A DNA stretch of 63,127 nt, the filler included, from Conidiobolus incongruus B7586 (taxonomy: Eukaryota): assembly GCA_000697335.1 (NCBI GenBank). It is 9 parts of 9 records of this genome, joined end to end, with 100 filler letters (N's around TTAATTAATTAA, not from the genome) between each part and the next. Parts side by side here need not be neighbours in the genome. Positions count along the whole stretch, not along the records: positions 34,653 to 52,720 come from JNEM01006017.1; 8 more parts are not named here. One strand, given 5' to 3'. The position numbers and the translations under genes were made by a program. The notes below the pieces were generated by a model, which searched no databases, had not been told where the DNA came from, and was given only the letters and a program-made list of their open reading frames with translations. Each line of letters starts with the position of its first letter. Position 1 is the first letter of the stretch. This document shows positions 38,767-52,820 of the stretch, piece after piece.

Positions 38767-41700
38767 ATGAATAATTCTAAAGATCAAGTTGACGAATTAT
38801 CAAAATGTAAAAATTAAATAAAATTAAAACAACTATTGGCTAATTGAAATTTAGTAACTTCAACTGATAAATTTGTTGCAGTTTTGAAAACATTACCTCC
38901 AGTAATATCTTATTATCAAAGAATATAATTATTTTACTAATATTGTTAGTGTGACGAAGATACATTTAGGATATTCGAAAGACATAATAAAGTGATATAT
39001 ATTAGATACTGCGAAACTATATATGAATAACTTTTAATTAGGAGTTTTACAGTATGCATTTCGAAACTGCTAAATGGGCAAGTATGCTAATTTATAAAAC
39101 TACAAATGTTCTCAAATATTTGGGAGGTAAATATCTTCATAATTGTATGAATTTAGTGCTGATTTAAGCTTAGGCGATAGTCAGACAGGGATCCCTACCC
39201 TGAATTTAACACCTGCCATTGCTGAAAATTTTATGAGGGATCAAATTAAATTGAAGAAGATCGAATTGTGGGGGTCCACTTCGAAGAATGCGACACAGTT
39301 TGGTATTATTAAAAAGGCTAGTAGTTGTAATTTCATCTAAATATCATAAATCTAATATTCTGCCATTAGACTTCACCTGGTAATTATCAAGAGATGGAAG
39401 ATATGCTCTTTGGCGAAGTTGAAATCACATCGTCTCCAATTGTAATGGCTGTGAAATTACAGGCGACTGGAGGCAGCAAAGTATTCAACTTGCTTCAATT
39501 TAAATTTCAATCTAACTTTATTCCCATATAGAAAATTGGCGTCTGTTTCTGTGATTCTACCATGCAAAATCTCCAAGTTCTCGAATTTTTAGATAATGAC
39601 ATCTTTTCCAATTTCGAGTCTTTAATCATTCAAATTGGTGTTAATGAATGTGTGATCAATTTATCTGAAAAGAATTATGATCATATCAAATTGCAAGAGA
39701 TCTTAACAAGATGCGAAGTTATGATCACTAAAGCTCAATCAAGTAATTTATTGAATTCAATCAATAATTTATTGGCTAATCTTGTATAGACCAATTTGAT
39801 TCCAGTTCAATTTCTCAAGATTTGTGCAGATTACTAAAATCTTCCATCAATGTTGAAACTTTAACTGAACTGAATCTTCCTATCGCTATGGGATCCACCT
39901 CATGCTTAATTAGATATCTCCAGCTATTAGACTATCCCGACAATTTGAACAGTTATACCATTGCAACTTACAATCTATCCCAGTATGTTAGGTTAGACGG
40001 CTCTGCATTCAAAGCTTTGAATCTGATGCCAGGGCCCAAAGACTCCAACAAATATTCCAGCTTATTTGGATTGCTGAATCATTGCAAAACATCTCAAGGA
40101 TCTCGTTTATTGTCTCAGTGGCTTAAACAACCTCTCACAAATCCCCAAGACATACAAGAGCGCCTTGACCTAGTACAAATATTTCTAGAAGACTACCAAT
40201 TAAAGAATAGATTCCACAACGAATTACTCAAGTCAATCCCTGATCTCTGTAGAATTTGTAATAGGGTGAAACGAGGCAAAAGCCATTTACAAGATGTGAT
40301 TCGTTTATACCAAGTGGTCATAAAACTTCCAGAATTTATCCAAGCCCTCGATGAGAGTCAGTATTGTGAAAAATTAGATTCAGTGTACACTAAATTCTTG
40401 AAGGAATATACGGAATCACTCCAAAAGCTTCAAGAGATGGTTGAAACCACGGTTGATTTGAAGGCTGCCGACAGTCACCAATATAAGATCAAGCCTGAAT
40501 TTGACCCCAAGTTGAAGGAACTCGATCGCCAACTCGATCAAATTTTATCCGATATCACCCCATTACACGAGCAGATGGGTCGCAACCTGGAGCTAGAACT
40601 TGATAAAAAATTAAAGTTGGAGCGTTCCACTAATTATGGCTACTGCTTTCGTGTCACACGTACCGATGCAAGTCGTCTACGCGGCGATTCATCTATTATC
40701 GAACTCGCAGTCCAGAAGACGGGAACTTACTTCACCACCAGAAAATTGAAGCAACTCGCCGAGGAGTATGAAGATTTGACAGAAAACTACAAGAAGGTGC
40801 AATCAGAACTCGTTGCTGAAATCTTGAAAATTACTTCAACATACTGCTCCATCCTCGAATCGCTCAATGGACTAATCGCTCACTTGGATATTATTGTTAG
40901 TTTCGCACGAGCTGCTGAATCTGCTCCTTGTACTTATGTCAAACCAACTATTCTAACTGGCGACAATGACAAACTCCAACTGAGGGGGGCTAGACATCCC
41001 TGTCTGGAGCGTCAAGATGACGTCTCGTTCATTCCTAATGACCTTTATATGGAAAGAGACAAGAAAGAATTTTTGATTATTACTGGTCCCAATATGGGAG
41101 GCAAATCTACCTATATCCGTCAAACTGCTATCATCGTCCTTATGGCCCAAATTGGATCCTTCGTACCTTGTACGGAGGCCAACATCTGTATTTTCGACGG
41201 TATTTTGGCACGTGTTGGGGCTGGCGACAGTCAATTGAAAGGTATTTCAACGTTCATGGCAGAAATGCTAGAAACTGCTAACATTATCAAATCTGCTACG
41301 TCCAAAACACTTATTGTAATTGACGAATTGGGACGAGGTACCAGCACATACGATGGTTTCGGTCTTGCATGGTCCATCTCGGAGCATATTTCTACTCAAA
41401 TTAAAGCATTCTGCTTATTTGCTACTCATTTCCATGAACTCACAACACTTAAGGATAAGGTACCAACTGTCCACAACTTGCATGCTACAGCTCATGTGGA
41501 TTCTTTCAATCGCAAAATGGCTCTATTGTACGAAATTCGCGAAGGCGTCTGCGACCAAAGTTTTGGTATTCACGTAGCAGAAATTGCCAACTGTCCCAAC
41601 GCAGTGGTCAAATTGGCCAAGCGCAAGGTGGAACAGCTGGAAGCTCAAGAACAACATACTGATCAAAATCTCGAATTGAGTTCCGGTGAGATTGAAGAAG

Positions 41701-41831
41701 GATTAAGAAAGATGAAACAGTTTAAAGAATTTGTTAATAGGTCGGATAAGTCGCAATTAGATGAGTTAAAAACTAAAGCTAAGGAACTCTCACAGGATCC
41801 TTATATTAAAAAGATTTTGGAGCAATTCTAA
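38767..41831 (+). CDS. MSH2: DNA mismatch repair protein MSH2, intron-rich 5' part
   Basis: TGPNMGGKSTYIRQ Walker A, RVGAGDSQLKGISTFMAEMLE, DELGRGTSTYDGFGLAW and FATHFHELT. 5' exons carry SPGNYQEMEDMLF and EFLDNDIFSNFESLIIQIG. Confidence 0.96.
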
Positions 41832-41892
41832 TCTTAAATACATATACCATTGATTCATTTTTTATGATAAAATAAAATTTATTAATAAATAA

Positions 41893-42883
41893 TTAATTTT
41901 TTTTAAGAGCTTCAAACCTCTGCATTAGTTCCTCAAAATTGGGAATGGAACTATTGGTGATAATTGAGGGCTTTGGCAACGATGTTTCAATGGATTTTTG
42001 AGGTGGATCTGGAAACAGATTGATCTCACTATCGTTTTTGGGTGCATTGGTTGCTTGAGATATAGCATTGGTCTTAGCTGATGCAGGGTCTATTTCAGAT
42101 TCTATTTCGTTTTCATCAATTCCCAAATCCTGAATAATAATATTAGTCATTGCATATCCAATATGAATAATAATACATTTACCAACAAAGGATCGCTCGA
42201 CAGATTAGGTAATTTGATATTGTACATCTTGGCAATTTCTTTCAAATATTGCTCGACCAAGAAAGGGTCTGGGGTTTGCACAGTCAATTTGTGTACCAAT
42301 CTGGGATTGACAATATTTTCCTTATTTTCAATGCTGTTCATCACGAATTCTTTCCCGTATTTGTATGTTAATTGCTCTCTGATCTAATTGAATATTTAGT
42401 TAAAAATATATCAAATATAATATTACACAATTTACCAATGTTAACTCCTTGACCTCTGCACACCTTGGCGAAGCGTATAAAATGGATTGAATAGCTTCTT
42501 TGAGCCCTTCATCACAAGTTCTGAAATATAAGAGATAAATATCTATATTTTAGTAATAAATGCATCATATTATACCTCATCTGATCTAAAATTCCAAACC
42601 TAGCCAATACCAACTCCACATACAATTGTAACATATCCAAAGCTTCAATAGCGTAATCTTCCCTAATGATATGCTCTACCTAAATTACAATTAATACCAT
42701 ATATTAAATAATAACTAACAAAAATACTCTAATCTTAGCACTCTCCAACTGCTGCTGCTCCAGCATGGTAGCAATTGCCCTACGCTGGTGCTCATTTTGC
42801 GACCTCTTTTTCGCTTTGAGATGGTTGAGACGATTTACACTCAATTTGAGTTGGACTTTGAGGCGATTAGAATTGAATACCAT
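41893..42883 (-). CDS. IST1: ESCRT-III-associated Ist1, multi-exon
   Basis: FNSNRLKVQLKLSVNRL, ESAKIRVEHIIRED, YASPR, and a C-terminal MIM1 motif FEELMQRFEALKK. Confidence 0.92.
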
Positions 42884-44170
42884 TCTAGTTTATCTTTTAA
42901 TAAAATAATTGCTTTGGTTTGGTGGTGAATATTATGTAGATTTTGATAATAAATGATGACTTGATTCAATATAAAATTTAAATTTAATAATATTTTAAGT
43001 GATGATTATGGGACAGTAAGTTCTTATTGGTTAATATTGGTAATAATTTTAAGATAATTTAGATATCAAATCAATATTTCTTGGAATTGGATTAGAATTA
43101 TTATAATAAGTATTATCAATACATTGTGATATATATATCATTTATTTTAGCTTTAATTTTTTCCGATGTTTTTTAAAAATTGTTCAGATTTTGCCATATT
43201 ACTTTAATTCATTAATCAATTACAAGTTGTACTTGTCTCGAATTATTCCCAAGTAGATATAATGTTATTCATATTTTACAATGAATATCATTACTAAATT
43301 GAAATTTTTTATTTTCAGATAGCTAATATACTTAAATAAATTAATATATTTTAATTATATAGATATTATTCCAAATTTTTTGATATTATAGCACTAAATT
43401 ATGGATATTCAAGAAATTGAATAATATAGAGTAATTGGTCACAAAATCAAATTTTATTAATTGATGTATTGATCAATAATAGTAATATGGTTAATTGATA
43501 ATATTATTATCAGCTATTTAATTAATATAATATATATTTTATTTTTGAACTAGTTATAATTTAAAGCAAATAATTTCTGAAATAAATTTTCTTAAAATTT
43601 CAATATAAATTTAACAATAATTTAATGTGAAAATTTGACTCAAATATTAATTTCAATAATAATACAGTATCATTGTCTTTGGCAAATTTTATATTATCAA
43701 TTCCATAAAATAAATTCATATTAAGAAATTGTTCCGAACTATTGTTTATATCATTTATTTTCATCTTAATCATTTCTTAATCAAATTTTTTTCTTATAAT
43801 TAATAATTTTTTAAAAAAATTTAAGGTCAAAGAAATGAGCATTTATTATCATCTTACTTAAATTTTTTAGCTTGAGATAAAAACATTAACAGTTAGCCAA
43901 GTTTTTATTTTCATTATATATCAAATGATTTTAATTTAGCTATCATTTGATATAGATAACAGTATATAAACTCATGATTATTAAGAAAATGATTTTAAAC
44001 TTCACAACCCTACAGATAATAAATGTGATATAGAAAATTTATAATGATTTAATAAGAGTAAATATAAATGACAATATAATATAAATAATAAAAAGGTTAT
44101 GAACTATTGAAAATATTTTTGAAATTTATAGATATTGATTTAAGCTTATCATTTAATTTAATCCAAGGGT

Positions 44171-45719
44171 TTAGTATCTGTTCCAAGCCATGCCACCACG
44201 GATACGGTTGTAGTCAGGAAGACATTCGACGGGACCGTAACCAACAACGGCAACTTCACGGTCCCAGAGGTTTTCACCAGCAACGCGACGAACATCGGCG
44301 GCAGTGATTCGATCGATCAAGGCAGCGGCTTCGGTGGGGGCAACACGCTTACCAGTGGTAACCAATTGGCGACCAATGTCTTCGGCGATGGGAGTGGTAC
44401 CATCTAAAGAGAAGAGGAGATTGGCTTTGAGTTGTTGCTTGGCACGTTCGACTTCACCTTCAGTAACGGAGGTGGTGAGTCTAGACCATTCACCGGTGAC
44501 ATTGTTGATCAAGTCATCAATGCAGTCCTTGTTTTCGGTGATGAGGTAAATACCCCATAAACCGGTATCAGAGTAAGAGGTATTGAAGGACATGAAGGAG
44601 TTAGCCAAGTTGTGCTTTTGAACGACTTGGGACAAACGGGAGGACATGAAGTTGTTGGAACCAAGAGAGCGATCCCAGTTACCAATCAAAGAGCTCATTA
44701 ATAACATGGTGTAGTAATCAGGGGAGTTCCAGCTGACACCTTCAACAGCGAGAGCAATGTGGGCAGCGGGGATATCATCATAGCGGATACGAACTTCAGA
44801 ACCAGTGAAGTTGGGCTTTTGCTTGTTGACAACAGAGGGGGTGCTGTTAGCTCCGGGAAGATTGGAGAAATGCTTGGAAGCCAATTCAACTAATTCTTCG
44901 TGGTTAACACTTCCGGAACCAACTAAAACAGTGTTATGAGGGTTGTAGTGTTGTTCAATGTAAGAGCGGAGATCTTGGGAATTGATAGATTTGATGTTTT
45001 CCTTAGGTCCCAAAATAGTACGGCCCAAAGCGTGGCCTTGGAAGGCAGTAGCGTGAAGGTGATCAAAAACAACTTCTTCGATCTTTTTTTCGACTTCGAT
45101 CTGTTCAGTCAAAATGACATCTCTTTCACGTTCAATAGCTTTGTGATCAAAAGTAGAGTTTTGAAGAATGTCAGCAAGGATATCAACAGATTTATCAACA
45201 TCAGATTTGAAACATTTGGCATAGTAGACAGTTTGTTCTCGAGAAGTGTAAGCGTTAAGATGACCACCCATATTTTCAATAGCTAATTCTAAATCTAATT
45301 GGCTACGAGTTTTGGTACCCTATATAAAAGATTAGCTATGAAATTAAAGCTCCTGACATTAATATATACCTTGAAGGCCATATGTTCTAAAAAGTGAGCA
45401 GTACCGTTATTTTGGGCGTTTTCAGCACGGCTACCAGCATCGATCCAAACACCAACGGTGGCAGTTTGGGCTTCAGGATGAGTTTCAGTAGCAACGGTCA
45501 AACCTGAAGGAAGAACAGTGACCTTGGTGGAAGGTAAGGAGTAAGAAGATTGAGCATGGGAGGCCAGAGAAGCGGTGGCATTTCTCCAAATGGGTTGTAA
45601 ATTCTAAATGAAAATATTAATCAATTGGTTCGATTCTAAAGACTAGCTGAAGAAACTGGAAGGCGCAATTATACCTTATTGAATTTGGAGATATTTCTAG
45701 ATAAAAGTCTGGAGGCCAT
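44171..45719 (-). CDS. MAS1: Mitochondrial processing peptidase beta subunit (M16), 3 exons
   Basis: Presequence [39 protein letters not shown] (HxxEH), [13 protein letters not shown] and SYSDTGLWG. Confidence 0.95.
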
Positions 45720-46951
45720 GGTAATGTTGATTAATTTGGATTGAAACCAAGTTTACGCAACAAGATTACTAGTAGATATAATTAAGTATTAAAATCTACA
45801 ATATTTAGCATTAGTTTGTGGTATAAAAATTTCACATATTTCACTCATATTTACTGACCAATCAAATCTTCTATTATTCTGATCAATTCAAAGATTAGAT
45901 TATCTATAGCCTAAAAATTGTTATATATAATCATTCAAGTGCAATGGATTGTTATTTTATATTTTTATTAACAAATATAAGTTTTCAATATTTTTATAAT
46001 TTATTTTTATTATTACTTATTGATAATTCCTTTAATTTTAACAAATAATATTTGATTTATTATAAAAATCCATTACAATTAATAATGAAATGGAAATTTA
46101 AGTTAGATATTAATATAATTCAACTCATTTAAACTATTATATAATATTCAATAGATAATATATAATTAAAAGTGTAAAAATGAAATTTTACATAATAATC
46201 TTATTGAATTTAATTTTTTTATTTCAATTATAAATATATTTCGTTTCAATACTTTTATTGTTTCATATAATTAAAAAATGATCTGAATAATAGTTTGAAA
46301 ATATAATGTTTTTAATAGAATCATTTATGAAATAACAAATCATCCATTATGATGATAACTATGATATTGTATTGTAACTATGTTATAATAAAATTTAAAA
46401 TATCAGGCATTAATTATTGATATCATCTAACTGATAAGATGATCTATCCAAATAATTTTTCACTAAGAATAAATATATTCAAAATTAAATATTCATAATA
46501 CAAATATCATATTCAATATAATTGTATAGTTTTTATCGATTCAAATACCAAATAATTTAATTAGCTGAATATAAAATAAATATGTATTATCAGACCATGT
46601 CATTATCTGATAAATATAGTAAAAGATATTGTTATATAAATCTAATTTGCTTTCTATATCTTAATTTTTAACAATTATTATAAACATAATTAAACAAAAT
46701 TTGAAATTAGGACGTTGATCCATTTTTAAGATCGAATATAATACATAAAATTAAATTATCACATTGTTATTGTTTTAAATTAGGCATTATAATCGATGGT
46801 TGTTATATTAAATTTTATATATTCATAAAAAAACCCATTCACAGGTTTCAAGGATTGATTTAATATACAACTATTATAAAAGATTCATAATAATGTAACA
46901 AGAAATTAAAAAATGAAGTAAAATATCTGTTTAATATAGCAAATATAAGTT

Positions 46952-48398
46952 TTAATTTGATTTAATTAAAATACCAAATAAAATAAAGCACAAGCAAATA
47001 CTGAAAACCAAAATGTGGTAGAATATTCTTCGGTATTGGGTTTAACCTCACTCAAATTAACATTTTTGACAAATTTAAAATTCAATAGCTTAGATATACT
47101 ATCCACTGGATTAAAGGATGCCGATGGAGTCTGTATTATAGGCTATAATGTATATTAATAAAATGAAGATAATGTCAAGTATTTAAAATTACATCTTGAG
47201 TAAAGGAATCCAAACTATCAAAACTAATTTCTTCATCGAGTTGAATGGATTTGAATTCTTTGGTAGTTAATTCATCAACACGACATTGCTGGACATTTCC
47301 AAAAAAGTCGGTAATCAAAGTCTATAAAATATAATATTAGTAATGATATATTGAAAATTTAATTAAATGAATTACTTCTGATAATGGTCTGGAAAAATGC
47401 TCTTCACTAATACCTGGCTCGGAGAGAATATCGGCTGGATTGTAACTATTAAACTAAGTTGGAATAAGATTAGTATAGAAATCTAAAATTTAATGTAATG
47501 GCTTACTAAGTCAGCTAAAGTAAGATTAGAATCTTTTTGAACATTTTCCAGAAATTCCAAATTATAATAAGTAAATCTATCAATAACAGTAACACCAATA
47601 TCTTCATCTAAATGATGAGAGTATGATTTTTTATCAAGGGGTGAAGAGCCGACGGATAAGACATTGGGTGAATAAATTTGAGAATACATAGTGTTAGCTT
47701 CACAAGTATCAATCATGAATAAAATTTCCTTATATCTCTTCTTTTGCCACATTTGTTCAATAGCGTCACCAAAATCTTGTGCTGTAATTTCATGATTATC
47801 TTGAAATTTAAGGAATTTATTACCACCATGACCTGTCATATAAATGAGAATATTAGAGCTGTCATCAGATTGCAGTCTCTTATACTTGGGGGTTGATTCA
47901 GGCAATCTTCCTATATTATTGAGAAATATTATATATATATTATTAAAGTATTAATACAATAAATAGGTAAGTAAATAATACCAGTTAATAATCTAATAAA
48001 AGTCTCTGCAGTGACATCATAACCTCTGTAATCAACTTGAACATCCTGACCATATAATTCTAAACGGTGGTCTCTATTATTGAATACTTTTCCAGGATAA
48101 ACGTTTCTTGGGTTACAAGCAATATCATCAGCTAACATTAAAATAATATTGGAGTCGGGTATACCCAAACGCTTTACAGTTCGATAAATACTTAAAGCAT
48201 TTGCCATGTGACGATAATTAAACCAATATCTTGAAGTACTGACCTAAATAAGATAATTAATTATAATTTTAAAAGTCATGTTGAATGAATAAATACAATA
48301 ACTGCCCAGTTATTGGTATGAGAATGTTTAATTAAATTTGAAGCATTTAAATTCAGAATACAATAAATGTAATAGATAATAATATTTAATATATTCAT
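46952..48398 (-). CDS. GPI8: GPI-anchor transamidase catalytic subunit (peptidase C13), multi-exon
   Basis: [29 protein letters not shown] (His), IDTCEA (Cys), VIDRFTYY, and a C-terminal TM segment. Confidence 0.95.
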
Positions 48399-49104
48399 TA
48401 TTAAATTATTACTTATTATGTCATCATATTTGATTGGACTTGGTGTTTTTAAAATAAAATACTAATCATAATGATTTCAAAATATGGGATTACTAAATAA
48501 ACCGTACCTAAACCATAATTTATATTTTTATTAAAACAGTTTAAATTCTAATTATTGAGCATTAAATATGTATCCGAATCCAATTTTAATTATTCTTCAT
48601 AATATTAGTGATATCAATATATATTAATATCTATTTTACTTTTCATCATAATTTATACCATTATTACTATTATTTATTGAGCTTTGTTTTTAGTATACAT
48701 TCAAATATCTAGGTACATATACCACCATATTACAATCTACAATTTAATATTTATTAAAATTCTGTGCAATCTATAGATTTTTATTAAACAGAGCATTATA
48801 TTGTGATATATCGAATCTCTTCAGTGGTAAGATATTTTATACATTAAACCATAGCTCGAAAATTTTTTGTTTAATTTTTTTGATTTAATTCATAATGATT
48901 TTCACTGATTTATTCATCTAAATATTTTTCGATTTTTGAGTCATTATATAGAATTAATTTCATATTTTAATATCTCTTAATTACTGAATTTTTATTAGAA
49001 TTTTTTGTCCGGAAACTCATATTATTCCAACCTTAAAAATTGTTGAACTAATTTACCCCAACGAATATTATTAGATAAAATATAGTATAAATTATTGATT
49101 TGAA

Positions 49105-51011
49105 ATGGCTCAAAACTCTTTAAACATCGAAGAATTAACATACTCAGAGAAAATTGATCTTATTAGAAAATATTGGCAATTCGCAGCAATTTGTCAATTT
49201 TTTTTAACTTTTCAAGCTGCATATAACTTTTCTGAACCCTTTGAAACTGAAGTAATTAATTATTATGATATAATAATTATTGTATTTAATTTTATTTAGC
49301 AATTGGAAACTGCTTTGGCAAAAAATGATAAAAGTTATATAGAACCAATTTTATTAAATTTGATGAAAAACTTACCTGGTCAAAGATTTATTCAGTAATG
49401 AAAACTGATTAAACTTATCATTAAAATGCAGATTATTAATTGATTATCAATATTATAGTTTGCCAGTGTTGGAGGTCCAAATGAAAAAGGAATGCCAAAA
49501 ACGTGGATTTTCTAGCCCTTTTTTAGAAGAAAATCACCCTGGCTTCTTTAGTTTACAAATTCCTGATCAGGTAATAATTAAGTTATTATTCAATAATATG
49601 GATTATTAAGTTTTAATTCTAGATTAAACTAATTCATGCTTTGACAGAATGGCAGATGGAAGATTTTGAGAGGGTGAGAGCCAAAGTAGATGAAGAAGAT
49701 GATTGTGATGAATGGGTATATACTCTATAATTATTGGCTTCGATTTTTGTTCATTTAATAGCATTTTAATTTATTATTAGAGAATTGAATCTATAGGGCG
49801 AGATAAAAAATATAACACTTATTGGCTATTTGATGGTATTTAGTGTGATTGCTAAACTATAAAACTAAGCATCTAATCAATGATTCTTCAGATAATCGAC
49901 TTTATAAGCAAAAATATCAAGCACCTAAAAAATCCAAATCTGTCAAAAAATCTAAAAAGAATAATGGTCAAGAGCAGGTCTCCTCGGTTCCAACAGATTG
50001 GGAATTAGTAATACATCAATGAATTTATTATTTTCAAAGTATTTAATAATTTCTCTACAGGTTTGTTCTACTGCTCATGAATGGGAACAATTTCCTAGAC
50101 AATTCGAAAATAGTAGAAATTTAGATGAGCAATATTTGAGAGATTTCTTAATTGAACACGTACTTCCCAAAGTTTTACCCGCTATCAAATCGAAAGAAAG
50201 ACAAAAGAAGAAAGAGGAACTAAATATGACTTTCCAACCCAAGAGGTCATCAAGACTACAAGCTAAAGAGCTGTACAGGAAAGAGCTTGAAGAACAGCAA
50301 AGAAAGATGGAATTACTAGAAGCTATGGAAGCTAGAGAGAAGAACTTCAAGGATTCTAAATCCGAAGCAGTTATTCAGAATATTCCAAATTTAAATACAA
50401 GAGAAATGAGAGCAAAGCGCAGAGCTTTACTTAATGAAGGTCGTTTGGAAGAAGTGTTACAGCTGGAGCGTGATGGGGTTATGAGATCTGTGTTCAATGT
50501 ATCTGACGCCCAAGCTAAAATAAAGCCTAAAGAGGAAGAGACTACAAATGAAAACATTGAAAATGGCGATCATGCGAATGAAGATTCTGAAGAAGAATGG
50601 TATTTTAAATGTGTTTGTGGTGCTGAAGGCAAAAACCGTGATGATGGCCTAATGATGATAGCGTGTGAGCGTTGCGGGATTTGGCAACATGTTCAATGCC
50701 AAGATTTCTACGCTGATAATCCTCAAAATCTTGATTTATCATCAATATTCTTTTTGTGTCAAGATTGTTTAATGAATAAGCCATCTGGTGCGGCATTGGC
50801 CACCAATTTATCCAACCAATTGGATGAATCTTCTGAACGTACTACCTCCGATAATAACACGCCATCAAACCGTACTGACATTACTCGAGAATCCTCTCAA
50901 TCTGTAGCTCAAACTTTAGGCTATCCACTTGCTGCTCTCAACTTAAATGGAACTGATCCTAACTCACCCATGAGTTTAGATGTAAGATCTATTGATTCTA
51001 ATCCAGAATAA
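49105..51011 (+). CDS. Chromatin protein with DDT/WHIM-like N-terminus and C-terminal PHD finger (RSF1/CECR2-like), multi-exon
   Basis: WQFAAICQFF, RIESIGRDKKYNTYWLFDDNRLY and VCSTAHEWEQF. PHD finger FKCVCG...MIACERCGIWQHVQC...FLCQDC. Confidence 0.8.
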
Positions 51012-52256
51012 AATATAATATTATTTTAATAATTTTTAGTGTCTAATTACAATGAAATCTCTCTTATATCCAAACATTTACTCTAGATACTGTAGCAACA
51101 GACTATCCCCTTTTTCTGTATAAATTAATATGACTTTAATGTATTATTTTAACCAATCCAAGTTCATACTTTATTGAAATAATATATTTTCAACTTTTTA
51201 TTAAATCGAAAAATGTCTCGAATTAGAGATTTTAATTAGTTAACAAACATTGATGTTTTTTGAAATTTTTTTCTATGATATTTTGAATTTGTAATTTTAT
51301 ATATTAAGGACACTGTAAAACGATTAGATATTAATCAATTTATTTTATTTGCATTGTATATTTTGAAACAAAGTATCGATTATTAGAAAAACCTTTATCA
51401 TATTTTAACAATATCGAAGACAATATTATTTTATATTGCGAATTATATTATAGCACAGTTATAAACAAATCATTTATTCTTTCGATATTAATGCTTAATG
51501 ACTTGAATATAATAAAAATTAACTTTAACTGGTTTAAGTAGAAATTAAGGATAGTTATTTTCATTTGTTAGTATTCATTATGTTTACTTATATAATAAAA
51601 AATAGAGCTGCATAATATTATATAATTATTAATTGAATAAAATACTTACAAATTTCGAAATATAGCAACTTTAACTAAAATATTAGACCTTGGATGAAAC
51701 ATTTAAACTGATGCTAACTATTAAGATAATTAATATTTCAAAATAAATAATAATTATTTTTTGAATTGAATATACATAATTTTTCAATATTTGAAAACTA
51801 AGTCAAAAATATTAATTATTTTTTCAAGATAATAATGATTTGTATAAATTTTCAATCAATTTTTCATTAATAAATTATAGTTGGAATTTAGAAAACTTAG
51901 AGTTTTAAATGGATATATATATAGGAAATACCTTGACCTTATATATGAACAAAATTAATATTCAAATCATAAAATTTTTTATTCACAATTTTTTTGTTGA
52001 AATATTACCAATATAATACATTCAAAATTAGAATTTACCAATATTAATAATAATTATTGAATTTTAATCAATTAATATTTGAAGATAAAAAAACAATATA
52101 ATTAATATTATTGATATTAAAATTAATGATAATTACAATTATATATAATTATTACTATAGAATTAAAGAAATAGGAAATTTTTTAATTTCTGATTTTTCA
52201 AATATATTATTAGTTTCAAATAAAAAAATATATACAAAACAAATAGTTTTGAATTA

Positions 52257-52283
52257 GATATATATATATATATATATATATAT
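52257..52283. repeat. (TA)n microsatellite; similar tracts at ~22306-22327 and ~26526-26540, and (AAT)n at ~30288-30313
   Basis: Direct reading of the sequence. Confidence 0.85.
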
Positions 52284-52720
52284 AATAAATTTTTTGATTA
52301 AAAAAATAATTTTTTAAAATTAGTTGTTTAATTTAATTATGTTTAAATTAAATAGTAACTATCAAAAGTTTTTTATTTTAGTATTAATAAAACTTAACTA
52401 TAAACCCTTTAAAATCATTTAAAATTTATAAACAATTTTTAATAATAAAGTATTATCTAAATTAACAATTTATTGCTAGGTAAATTACTTTAAAGTTAAA
52501 AAAAACTACTTAAAACTTGTTAAAATTTAAAAGATTAATTTTAACTATTATTCTTTTAATTGTTAATAAAGTAAAAAAATATATTAAAAAGTACCTTTTT
52601 ATTTTAATTAAAGAATTATTAAAATACTTTAATATTAGTTACATAAGTATATTATATATATTAAAGTTTAAATTAAAATTAATTAATAAAAATATAAAAT
52701 AAATACTTTATAATTTAACT

Positions 52721-52820
52721 NNNNNNNNNNNNNNNNNNNNNNNNNNNNNNNNNNNNNNNNNNNNTTAATTAATTAANNNNNNNNNNNNNNNNNNNNNNNN
52801 NNNNNNNNNNNNNNNNNNNN
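52721..52820. other. Artificial contig linker (identical linkers at 54222-54321, 55810-55909, 57429-57528, 58974-59073 and 61495-61594)
   Basis: 44N-TTAATTAATTAA-44N. Confidence 0.99.
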
